Part shown: positions 37,530-46,142 of the stretch, in pieces
Layout of the letters: every line of letters begins with the position of its first letter
How positions within the stretch are numbered: position 1 is the stretch's first letter
Source of the DNA: Candidatus Omnitrophota bacterium
GTDB lineage: Bacteria > Omnitrophota > Gorgyraeia > Pluralincolimonadales > Pluralincolimonadaceae
DNA: 64,000 bases
Reading direction: 5' to 3'
NCBI GenBank assembly: GCA_003141835.1
Contig: PLNR01000004.1
Location: 13,943 to 77,942, forward strand
Notes under the pieces: generated by a model
Told to the model about the DNA's origin: nothing
The model's database searches: none
What the model saw: the letters and a program-made list of their open reading frames with translations, nothing else
Position numbers and translations under genes: made by a program

Positions 37530-38491
37530 CGCGAACTCTTCACGTAAGGATACGGCGCGAACTTTATCTGCAGGTAAGATTTTTTAATTTCGGCGAAACC
37601 TGTGATGTCACCGGCAGGCGCGTTCGGGTTATAGCTTGAAAGCTCCGTCTCCTGGGTATTCTGGTCGGGGCTGGCCAGGTCATAATAATCCGGGTCTACC
37701 CCGTCTTCGGCGGTAGTGGCCTCGCCGCCGCCGCCGTGCCAGTCTTCCGCGGTCTTATATATCTCCCTGGCGTGTTCCTTATCTTCGAGGCCGCAGGCTA
37801 CGACGAATCTCCATATCTTCCCGGCGGGATTACCTATTATGCTTTGCGGCACCTGGATCTCGATGGCGCACATATTGGAATCTTTTATCTTGAAACCGGG
37901 CGTATCGGCCTTTTCGCCTACGGCTTTAGCGACAAGGTTTCCCTTACCGTCCCACATCCTTCCTTTATATGTGCCTGCTACCGATATCACGTAATCGGCC
38001 GCGAGCGCCTCAGAAACTCTCAGTTCACCGAACGTCCCTGTATCCGCGTTCAAGATACTCATATCGCCCTGCTGTATGACCCTCATGCCCCTCCTGCCTC
38101 CGCCTGCGCCATCCGTATCTATGGCAATGACGCGATAAGGGGACCACCAATCGCCTGGCATGGCAGTCTTGACCAGGAAATAGACGTTCCTGCTATCCCA
38201 CGTGACCCTGAACTCTTCCAGGTCGGCCGCCCTCGCGAAAGCCGGGGTCTTTGGATAAGTATATTTTCCGTTGCCGGTATCATCGCCGGATGCGTCTTTC
38301 CAGATGAATTCGCCTTTGCTTATTACACCGGCATCCGGCTTGGTGGGCGCGATCCCAACCCAATCCGCCACCGAACCGTCCACCCTTATCGAATGGCCGG
38401 ATAGGGGCCCGTACGTATCTCCCGCATCAGCGGGAGAGCAGAGCAGGAAAAAAGACGCCAGCGCCAGGTAAAAAACCGGCTCCTTCACCAT
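37526..38491 (-). CDS. secreted protein, paralog 1 of a ~300-aa beta-rich module (glucodextranase-domain-C-like?)
   Basis: Signal peptide MVKEPVFYLALASFFLLCSPADA (the track's 5' extension was trimmed). The conserved blocks GEFIWKDASGDDTGNGKYTYP, EFRVTWD..N.YFL and WW.PYR are present. It overlaps paralog 2 by 64 nt. Confidence 0.55.
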   Translation of the reverse strand: MVKEPVFYLALASFFLLCSPADAGDTYGPLSGHSIRVDGSVADWVGIAPTKPDAGVISKGEFIWKDASGDDTGNGKYTYPKTPAFARAADLEEFRVTWDSRNVYFLVKTAMPGDWWSPYRVIAIDTDGAGGGRRGMRVIQQGDMSILNADTGTFGELRVSEALAADYVISVAGTYKGRMWDGKGNLVAKAVGEKADTPGFKIKDSNMCAIEIQVPQSIIGNPAGKIWRFVVACGLEDKEHAREIYKTAEDWHGGGGEATTAEDGVDPDYYDLASPDQNTQETELSSYNPNAPAGDITGFAEIKKSYLQIKFAPYPYVKSSR

Positions 38492-39443
38492 CTTCACCCC
38501 TCCTTGACAATTTACCGGGTCCCTCATACCTGAAATCGATCTTCAGGAACGATTTCTCTATAACTGCAAATCCGTCGGGAAGCCCGAACGGCGCATTCGG
38601 GTTATAGCTACCAATCTCTTTTTCCTGCGTCTCTTTATCGGCGCCGGCCAGGTCATAGACATACGGATTGGAGTTGTTCGGCGCACCGCCTCCTCCGTTC
38701 CATTCGCTCGCGTCTACGTCTATCTTGCGCGCGACATCAAAATCCTGCTGGCCTACCGCGACGATGACATCCCATACCTGCCCGGCCGGACTGCCGCCTA
38801 TAAGTTCGAGCGGTATACCCACTTCGACCGAATTCCAATTGGTGCCTTCTACCTTGAAACCGGGAGTGTCCTTTTTGTCTCCCTCCTTGCGGGCGACAAG
38901 GCCGCCTTTCTCATCCCAGATCCTGCCCTTGTAGGCGGATGACGAAATAGCTATCACATATTGGCAGGCTAATTCGGGCGAGACTTTCAGGTTGGCGCAT
39001 ACGCCTTTATCGAAATTCGGTTCGTTTACATCGCCCTGGGCCAACACGGTCATTCCGCCGGCCGCACCTTCTTTATGTATCCCCACTATCCTTAAGGGGG
39101 TCCAGAACTCACCGGGCCGGTCGCATTTTATCATCAGGTACAGGTTCTTATCGTCATATGTAAGCCTGACCTCCCTTATATCGCATCCCCCTTTCAGGGC
39201 TTTGTTGAGGGGATAGGCATACTTCCCGTTTCCGGTGTCATCGCCTTTGGCGTCTTCCCAGATGTATTCCCCGTTGCTTATCGTCCAGGTGTTGGGCTCA
39301 GCGGGAGCTATCCCGGTCCAGTCGTTGGTCGCGCCGTCAACTTTGATCGGGTGGCCGGTAAAAGCGCCGGCCACCCGTTGATCCATAAAGATAATGCTCA
39401 TAGCTGCAAACATATAAAAAAGAAAGTGCACTTTCCTTTTCAT
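38427..39443 (-). CDS. secreted protein, paralog 2 of the same module
   Basis: A signal peptide is followed by GEYIWEDAKGDDTGNGKYAYP...LYLMIKCDRPGEFWTP. It has a C-terminal extension of about 30 aa relative to its paralogs. Confidence 0.55.
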   Translation of the reverse strand: MKRKVHFLFYMFAAMSIIFMDQRVAGAFTGHPIKVDGATNDWTGIAPAEPNTWTISNGEYIWEDAKGDDTGNGKYAYPLNKALKGGCDIREVRLTYDDKNLYLMIKCDRPGEFWTPLRIVGIHKEGAAGGMTVLAQGDVNEPNFDKGVCANLKVSPELACQYVIAISSSAYKGRIWDEKGGLVARKEGDKKDTPGFKVEGTNWNSVEVGIPLELIGGSPAGQVWDVIVAVGQQDFDVARKIDVDASEWNGGGGAPNNSNPYVYDLAGADKETQEKEIGSYNPNAPFGLPDGFAVIEKSFLKIDFRYEGPGKLSRRGEDGEGAGFLPGAGVFFPALLSR

Positions 39444-39475
39444 ATGCCGCCCTTTCTATTTAAAACTAACGGGAC

Positions 39476-40456
39476 TTATTTTGTTCCGAAATTAACGGTC
39501 AGGAACGACTTCTCTATCGTAGCGAACCCTTTCGGATCGCCCTCTTGCGCGTTAGGGTCATAGCTGCCGAGCTCTTTCTCCTGCGTAGCCTTGTCAGCGC
39601 CTGCCAGGTCATAGACGCTCGGGTTTTCCGCGTTCTCGGCCCCGCCGCCGCCGTGATACTGGCTCTGCTCGACCTCGACCCTACGGGCGACATCGTTATC
39701 CTGCTGGCCCGTCGCTACAATGAATTTCCATGTCTGTCCTGCAGGGCTTCCGCCGATAAGACTTAACGGGATAGCTATCTCGACAGAGTTCCAATTAAAG
39801 TCAGCGACCTTGAACCCGGGTGTATCATCCGGCTGCGCCTCATTACGGCCTATCATCTTGCCCTTCTCGTCCCATATGCGGCCCTTGTAAGTAGACGAAA
39901 CAGCTACGGCATACTGGCAGGCCAGCGCCGGGGCGAGCTTCAAATTGGCGAAAGTGCCCGAATCAAAATTAAATTCATCCTTATCACCCTGCGCCAGGAG
40001 CTGCGCGCCGCCGGCCGCGCCTTCCTTGTGGATCCCTATTATCTTGTATCCGGTCCACCAGTCTCCGGGCCTGTCGGTCTTTATCAGCATATAAAGGTTA
40101 TCTTTATCGAACGTCACCCTGAACTCTTTCAGGTCCCCGCCTTTCTTGAGCGCCTTGTCCAGGGGATAAGTATATTTTCCGTTACCGGTATCATCGCCGG
40201 AAGCATCCTTCCAGATATATTCGCCGTTGCTCACCGCGGCCGAGTTCTCCTGTTCCGGAGCTACGCCGGTCCAATCTTTTATATTCTTGTCGACCGCAAT
40301 AGTATGCCCGGTAACCGGGACCTTGCCCGCCTCATCTACCGTCAGGCCTTTTGCGACCGTAGCCGCGGGCGCGTTGGGATCATTAACTATGCCGTCGGCG
40401 AAACATATGCTTGAAAAGACCAACAGTACCGCTAAAAATAACGCCACTCTGCCCAT
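39476..40456 (-). CDS. secreted protein, paralog 3 of the same module
   Basis: Signal peptide MGRVALFLAVLLVFSSICFA, followed by GEYIWKDASGDDTGNGKYTYP...LYMLIKTDRPGDWWTG. Confidence 0.6.
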   Translation of the reverse strand: MGRVALFLAVLLVFSSICFADGIVNDPNAPAATVAKGLTVDEAGKVPVTGHTIAVDKNIKDWTGVAPEQENSAAVSNGEYIWKDASGDDTGNGKYTYPLDKALKKGGDLKEFRVTFDKDNLYMLIKTDRPGDWWTGYKIIGIHKEGAAGGAQLLAQGDKDEFNFDSGTFANLKLAPALACQYAVAVSSTYKGRIWDEKGKMIGRNEAQPDDTPGFKVADFNWNSVEIAIPLSLIGGSPAGQTWKFIVATGQQDNDVARRVEVEQSQYHGGGGAENAENPSVYDLAGADKATQEKELGSYDPNAQEGDPKGFATIEKSFLTVNFGTK

Positions 40457-40486
40457 TTTACCATACCTCCTTTTTCTTCGGTTAAA

Positions 40487-43400
40487 CTACTTCTTCCCTT
40501 GCGGGGAGTCAATATTTTCAAGGGACTTCGTCGTCGCCTCGTCGCTGAACGTAACGACCAGATACGACCTGTTTATAACCGCAAATGTATCGGGATCACC
40601 GGAGTCGCCGTCCTTCTTGTAGCTGTTCAACTCGTATTCCTGCGTCTTCTTATCCGGGCTTGCCAGATCATAAATAAAGGGGGCGTTTGCGTCGCCTCCT
40701 CCTCCGTGCCACTCGGACGCGTCCCTGTCTACTTTCCTTAAAACACCGTTATCCTGCAAGCCTGTTCCCACGATAAACCTCCAGGTCTGGCCGGCCGGGC
40801 TCCCGCCTATGAGCTTTAACGGGATCGCCACCTCGACCGAGTTCCAGCTGGCATCGTCGACCATAAATCCGGGTGTATCGTTACTATCGCCTTCTTTGCG
40901 GGCAATTAGGCTGCCTTTCGCGTCCCATATTCGGCCTTTGTAGGAATTGGATATCCCTATAACGTACTCACACGCCAGCTCCGGGGAGACCCTGATATTG
41001 CCGTAGCATCCGGTGTCCTGGTCCCCGTCGCCCTGCGCCAATACCTGCGTGCCGCCCTTGCCGCCTTTAGCGCCGTCCTGGTCTATGCCTATTAACCTGT
41101 AAGGCGTCCAGAAATCACCGGGCCGGTCGCATTTTATCATCAGGTAGAGGTTCTCGTTGTCCCATGTGACCCTGAACTCTTTCAGGTCTGCGCCTTTTGC
41201 GAGCGCCTTATTCGTAGGATAAACATAATGCCCGTTGCCTGTATCGTCACCGGAAGTGTCTTTCCAGATATACTCGCCGCCGCTGACCGTCGCGGTATTC
41301 TCCTGGTCCGGCGCGGCGCCTATCCAGTCCCTGGTGTTCTTGTCGACCTTTATCGTATGGCCCTTGACCGGCTCGGCTATCATTATCTTGACGGTATCGG
41401 CCGTTATCTTGACCGTATCAATCGTGACCCCGCCGCCCTTCTCGTCCTCCCTGACCGTCAGCGTATGGCCCGAGCCGGGCTTGTATCCTTCATCTATCTT
41501 CCACTCGGCCGTATAGAGGCCCATGTTCGGCGACATCTCCATGAACTTGCCGTTATCTATGGAATATTCGACCTTATCGATCTCCTTGTTCGCCCTCGGC
41601 TCGACCATGAGCGTCGCCATCTTGTATATGCTTGCGCCGTCGAACGGGAATACTATGGTGACTTTATTTACGACCCTCACATCTATGCTCTTTATATTTA
41701 TCTGGCCTATCTTATCGGTCGCCTTTACGTCTATCGTATGGTTTATCCCCGCCACTTTTGCCGTATCCCATTCTGCGGTATAGGTCCCTTCGGCAGACGG
41801 CGACATCGGCATCCAATCTCCCCGGTCCAGGGAATAATCAATCTTCGCGATATTCTCCTGCTTGTCCTCAGCGGCGATCTTTACGACGCCGCCCACCGAT
41901 GAGTTGGCCCCGGGCTCTATTATAGAAGGTTCAGGCAACGGGACGTTCGAGACCTCGCCCTCAAGGGTGATCGCAAATATGTTAAGCCTCTTGTCCGCGG
42001 GAAGGGTGACCGAAGAGAGGATCTTGCTCTTATCCGGCTCGAGCGTCTGCATGTAAAGTGCAACGCCCGGTTTCCTGTCTGCGGCAGTTTCATGATGGTG
42101 CGTCGTCATCACTGCGATCTCCTCGCCGTAGACGGGATTGCCGCCCCACCAGTCAGAAAATCCTGCGACGGCCTTCGTCGAGGTCCCGTCGGTATAATTT
42201 AACATGAACGTCTCTTTCGATCCGCCGTCATGCCTTGCGGCGAGGATATGCACTTTCGTATAATACCCGGGCTGGAAAGTTATTTTCTGCTTCCCGGCTT
42301 CCAATGTGTTCTTTCCTCCGTCGGCCTTGTCGCCGAATTTGAATTTTACCTTAGAGGTGCCGTTAAATATGAACTCGGAGTTCGAGTCCGGGAGTTCTTC
42401 GGCCGGAAAGTCATAACCTGTCCCGTCGTTGCGGTTGGTGTTCCAGGAGATCCAGTCGTGGTCTAACGGCAACTCCGCGTATTTTCCCGGCTTATTATCG
42501 ATTGTAATATTAGCCTTCGCCTCGGCGGCCTGGCCGCCCGTGTCGGTCGCAATAAATTTAATATCATGCGTAGAGCCGTCGGGAAGCTGCGAGGCATCCA
42601 ATACCGCCTGGTAGATCCCTTCGCCTATGCTTTCCATCTGCTTGGGCTCTCCCCCGTCGACGGTATAAGTGACCGAGGCGATGCCCCTGTCATCGGCCGC
42701 TATGGCCTTCAGCGGGACCTTGCCCATGACTGCGTCATTATCTTTAAGGCCGGCCGTAATAACCGGCGGTTCATCTATATTATCTATGTTTACCCGGACC
42801 GAATCGGAGACATAATAACCTTTCTTGGCTGTCACTCGCACGACAAGCGTATTCTTGCCTTCCGGCAGCTTTGCCGTATCCAATTCCATCTGGTAAAGGT
42901 CTTTCTTCTGGGAGAGCCGGCCGAAGGACTTTCCTTCGACGATCAGCTCCACCGCCTCGACTTTATCCTTCCCTCTTACCTCGGCGGATATAATGGCCTT
43001 CCCCTGCAAGGCCGCTTCTTCTTTAGGCTCTTTGAGCTCGACGGAGAGGTCGCCTAAAAGCGAGGCATATTGCCGCTGCAATTGGAAATATACCGGCTTC
43101 TTGAATTTCCTGTCGATCGTCATCGTGCCCATGATCTCGGGCTCGACTATCATCGTGTGCCAATCCGCTATAGTCCACCATGTCGCGCCGGCGACGAACG
43201 GGAATTCCTTGAAAGCGTTGAAAGTGTCTTTCGCAACCTCGACCTGCGCCGCCTCCTGAGGGGTGTCCCCGTAACGGCCCCAGACGCCGTACTCGGTGGA
43301 TATCACCGGCTTGTCAGGGAATGCCTCATGTGTCTTCTTTAGCGCTTCCTTCGTATCGGCAAAATACGAATTGCCGTAGAATATCCCGTAATAAGTGGTA

Positions 43401-45055
43401 AATCCTATGATATCGCATTGGTTCTGGGTGGCATCGGTGGGATCGCTTCCTGAAGCCGACTGGGCGACAAGCCTGGTCCCGTCTACTTTATAAGCATTCT
43501 CACGCAGGTCTTTGATGAAAGCCGCCCTCTCCGACTGCCAGCTGCATTCGTTGCACGCGCTCCAGACTATGATCGACGGCCTGTTGAAATCCCGGTATAT
43601 CATCTCGAGCCACATCTGCCTTCCGATACCACGGACGTTCTTCTGGATGAGGAACTCCGGCCCGGTGAACCAGAACATCGGGATCTCTTCCCATACGAGG
43701 AGCCCCATCCTGTCTGCGATCGTATATGTCTGCTGCTGGTTTGGATAATGGGCCGTCCTTACGAAATTCGCGTTGGCGTCTTTTATCGACTTGAAATCCG
43801 CGATGACCGCGGCCGGGCCGTAGACCAACGGGCCGGGCTCGCCGTAGAAAACTTCATGGCGGGCGATACCGCGGAGGAATGTCTCTTTTCCGTTCAGGAG
43901 CAGTTTCGCGTTGGCCTTATCGACGCTTATCTCCCTGGCGCCGAACTGCGTATAGAACTCGCCGAATTTCGCCTTTTTATCCCCGAGGTTCACCTGCAGC
44001 ACGTAAAGGTTCGGAGCCTCAGGCGACCAGGCTTTAAGCCCGCTCGATTTCAGCGAGAACCTGAACGCCTTAGCCTCGCCGGCCTTCAAGGATATCTGCC
44101 TTGAGGTCTCGCCCTGTACGGAAACTGTCCTGCCTGTCGCTATCTTCTTTGGCGACGCTTCCTCTAGATTATTTTCTTTTATATTGGCCTGGACGATCCT
44201 GAGGGCAAGTGACGTATTGACCTCGGCGTCACTCCGGTTATAGGCGGTAACGTCTACGGTCACTTCGACCGTCAGCTCGGAATCCTCTCCATTGACCGGC
44301 TTTGCTTTTACGTCGGCACGGACAACAGAGACCTGCGGCGATATCTCCAGATATACGTTCCTGGTTATCCCGCCGTAATTCCACCAGTCTCCGGTAACAT
44401 ACGGCACCGTATTATGGCTATTGGTCGCGAGCGCCTCCGGAGAGGTGTCGCCGTTGGGAAGCCACGGGATATTATCGACGCGGACGGCTATGACATTGTC
44501 CTGCCCGTAATTAAGGTACTGGCTTACATCGAAAGCGAACGGCGTATAGCCGCCTTCGTGGCAGCCTATCCATTTTCCGTTGATCCAGACATCCGTAAAA
44601 TAGTTCGCGGCCTCGAACATGAGTTTGACATATTTGCCGGCCGCATCAGCCGGGACCGTGAAATGCCGCCTGTACCATGCCCCGTCCATATACCTGTCAG
44701 GCGCAGGGTCCTCGACGCCCGGTATAGTCTTCTCTTTCCACACGCTGTCGTCGTAATCGGCCTTATACCTGCCCGCGCTTTCCTGCTCGAGGAGTTTTAA
44801 GGCCTCCGGCGTCCTACTGTAAAGAGTAAGCTTGTGGTCGACACCCTGCCGCTCGGACCTCCAGGCGCCGTTCAATTCTATGTACGGACGCTCCTGTCTC
44901 TCCCACGACGGGAAAGGTATCCCGTTCTGGAACGGCACGTTCAGGCCGTCTATCTCTTTCACTTCGAACGTCGGGGGCTGGGTCACGGGCTCCCCGAATG
45001 CGCACGGCAACAGGAATACTGCAATAATAATATAAAAAAGGGATTTTTTCAGCAT
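40487..45055 (-). CDS. GH2-family glycoside hydrolase (beta-mannosidase/beta-galactosidase-like) with Ig-like repeats and C-terminal copy of the ~300-aa paralog module
   Basis: A signal peptide is followed by the GH2 sugar-binding and TIM-barrel signatures (NGKWIGCHEGGYTPFAFDVS; RTAHYPN; VWSACNECSW). The C-terminal 330 aa (GEYIWKDTSGDDTGNGHYVYP...) are paralogous to the three genes downstream. Confidence 0.75.
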   Translation of the reverse strand: MLKKSLFYIIIAVFLLPCAFGEPVTQPPTFEVKEIDGLNVPFQNGIPFPSWERQERPYIELNGAWRSERQGVDHKLTLYSRTPEALKLLEQESAGRYKADYDDSVWKEKTIPGVEDPAPDRYMDGAWYRRHFTVPADAAGKYVKLMFEAANYFTDVWINGKWIGCHEGGYTPFAFDVSQYLNYGQDNVIAVRVDNIPWLPNGDTSPEALATNSHNTVPYVTGDWWNYGGITRNVYLEISPQVSVVRADVKAKPVNGEDSELTVEVTVDVTAYNRSDAEVNTSLALRIVQANIKENNLEEASPKKIATGRTVSVQGETSRQISLKAGEAKAFRFSLKSSGLKAWSPEAPNLYVLQVNLGDKKAKFGEFYTQFGAREISVDKANAKLLLNGKETFLRGIARHEVFYGEPGPLVYGPAAVIADFKSIKDANANFVRTAHYPNQQQTYTIADRMGLLVWEEIPMFWFTGPEFLIQKNVRGIGRQMWLEMIYRDFNRPSIIVWSACNECSWQSERAAFIKDLRENAYKVDGTRLVAQSASGSDPTDATQNQCDIIGFTTYYGIFYGNSYFADTKEALKKTHEAFPDKPVISTEYGVWGRYGDTPQEAAQVEVAKDTFNAFKEFPFVAGATWWTIADWHTMIVEPEIMGTMTIDRKFKKPVYFQLQRQYASLLGDLSVELKEPKEEAALQGKAIISAEVRGKDKVEAVELIVEGKSFGRLSQKKDLYQMELDTAKLPEGKNTLVVRVTAKKGYYVSDSVRVNIDNIDEPPVITAGLKDNDAVMGKVPLKAIAADDRGIASVTYTVDGGEPKQMESIGEGIYQAVLDASQLPDGSTHDIKFIATDTGGQAAEAKANITIDNKPGKYAELPLDHDWISWNTNRNDGTGYDFPAEELPDSNSEFIFNGTSKVKFKFGDKADGGKNTLEAGKQKITFQPGYYTKVHILAARHDGGSKETFMLNYTDGTSTKAVAGFSDWWGGNPVYGEEIAVMTTHHHETAADRKPGVALYMQTLEPDKSKILSSVTLPADKRLNIFAITLEGEVSNVPLPEPSIIEPGANSSVGGVVKIAAEDKQENIAKIDYSLDRGDWMPMSPSAEGTYTAEWDTAKVAGINHTIDVKATDKIGQINIKSIDVRVVNKVTIVFPFDGASIYKMATLMVEPRANKEIDKVEYSIDNGKFMEMSPNMGLYTAEWKIDEGYKPGSGHTLTVREDEKGGGVTIDTVKITADTVKIMIAEPVKGHTIKVDKNTRDWIGAAPDQENTATVSGGEYIWKDTSGDDTGNGHYVYPTNKALAKGADLKEFRVTWDNENLYLMIKCDRPGDFWTPYRLIGIDQDGAKGGKGGTQVLAQGDGDQDTGCYGNIRVSPELACEYVIGISNSYKGRIWDAKGSLIARKEGDSNDTPGFMVDDASWNSVEVAIPLKLIGGSPAGQTWRFIVGTGLQDNGVLRKVDRDASEWHGGGGDANAPFIYDLASPDKKTQEYELNSYKKDGDSGDPDTFAVINRSYLVVTFSDEATTKSLENIDSPQGKK

Positions 45056-46074
45056 GATTGTCTTATTATGAGCTCGGGTTTTAATACGGCTAACTGGGGT
45101 TCAAAATTCTCATCATTCATGGAGCGGACGGCAAGGTCAACCGCTTTCTCTCCCATCTCCTGCAGGGGCTGCCTTATCGTCGTCAGCGCGGGCTCCACAT
45201 AGGCGGCCTCAAGCGTATTATCGAATCCGATAAGCGCGATGTCCTTAGGTATAGATATGCCCTGCGCCTTCATCGCGCGCATAGCGCCGATAGCCATATA
45301 ATCGCTCGCGGCAAATATCGCCGTGGGCCGCTTCTTTAAGCCCAGGAGTTTCGGCGCTTCCCTCTCACCGCTCTCGAACGTGAAATCCCCCTGGACGATG
45401 AGGTCTCTATCCTGGTCAAATCCCATCTTCTTTGAGAGGGCCTTGAACGCTTGCAGCCTTTCCGGACCGTCGGATGAGTTCGGATGCCCGCTTATATACC
45501 CGACGCGCTTGTGGCCTCGTTCGGCCAGGTATTCCAGGGCCAGCCTGACGCCTTCGAAATTGTCGACGCAGACCGCGTTGACCTTTTCCTTACCTACATA
45601 TTTGGTCACGATAGAGAAGGCGATCCCGTTCTTCCTCAGGTCCTCGATATCCTTTGATATGTCCCTGGTATAATCGACATTCATTATAACCATTACGTCG
45701 ATAAGCCATTTACGGGATATCTGGTAATACGATTCGCCTTTCGTCTGGTCGAGGCTGAAGAACATGAGCGCCCTGTCATATTTCTTGCAGGCGTTCTGGA
45801 TACCCTCGATCATCATAAGGAAGTAAGTTATGGTGAAGAAATGCGGGTTCTCCGGGAAGACCACCCCCACGGTGGATGACCTCTTGCTGATGAGGCTGCG
45901 CGCGACCATATTGGGCATATAGCCCATCTCGTTGGAAATCTTTAAGATACGTTCACGCAGCTTAGGCGACACGTGTTCACGGTCGTTCATAACAAGAGAG
46001 ACCGTAGAGTGCGCGACTCCCGCCCGTTTTGCCACGTCTTTTATGGTTACGCTGGCTTTATCGAAACGTTTCAT
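45049..46074 (-). CDS. LacI-family transcriptional regulator
   Basis: An HTH (VTIKDVAKRAGVAHSTVSLVMN) and a periplasmic-binding-like effector domain are present. Confidence 0.9.
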   Translation of the reverse strand: MKRFDKASVTIKDVAKRAGVAHSTVSLVMNDREHVSPKLRERILKISNEMGYMPNMVARSLISKRSSTVGVVFPENPHFFTITYFLMMIEGIQNACKKYDRALMFFSLDQTKGESYYQISRKWLIDVMVIMNVDYTRDISKDIEDLRKNGIAFSIVTKYVGKEKVNAVCVDNFEGVRLALEYLAERGHKRVGYISGHPNSSDGPERLQAFKALSKKMGFDQDRDLIVQGDFTFESGEREAPKLLGLKKRPTAIFAASDYMAIGAMRAMKAQGISIPKDIALIGFDNTLEAAYVEPALTTIRQPLQEMGEKAVDLAVRSMNDENFEPQLAVLKPELIIRQSC

Positions 46075-46142
46075 AGGTTAACTGACCTCCAGAAGAAAGG
46101 TTACCATATGAACCATACTTTGTCAATGTGACCGCCAACGCC

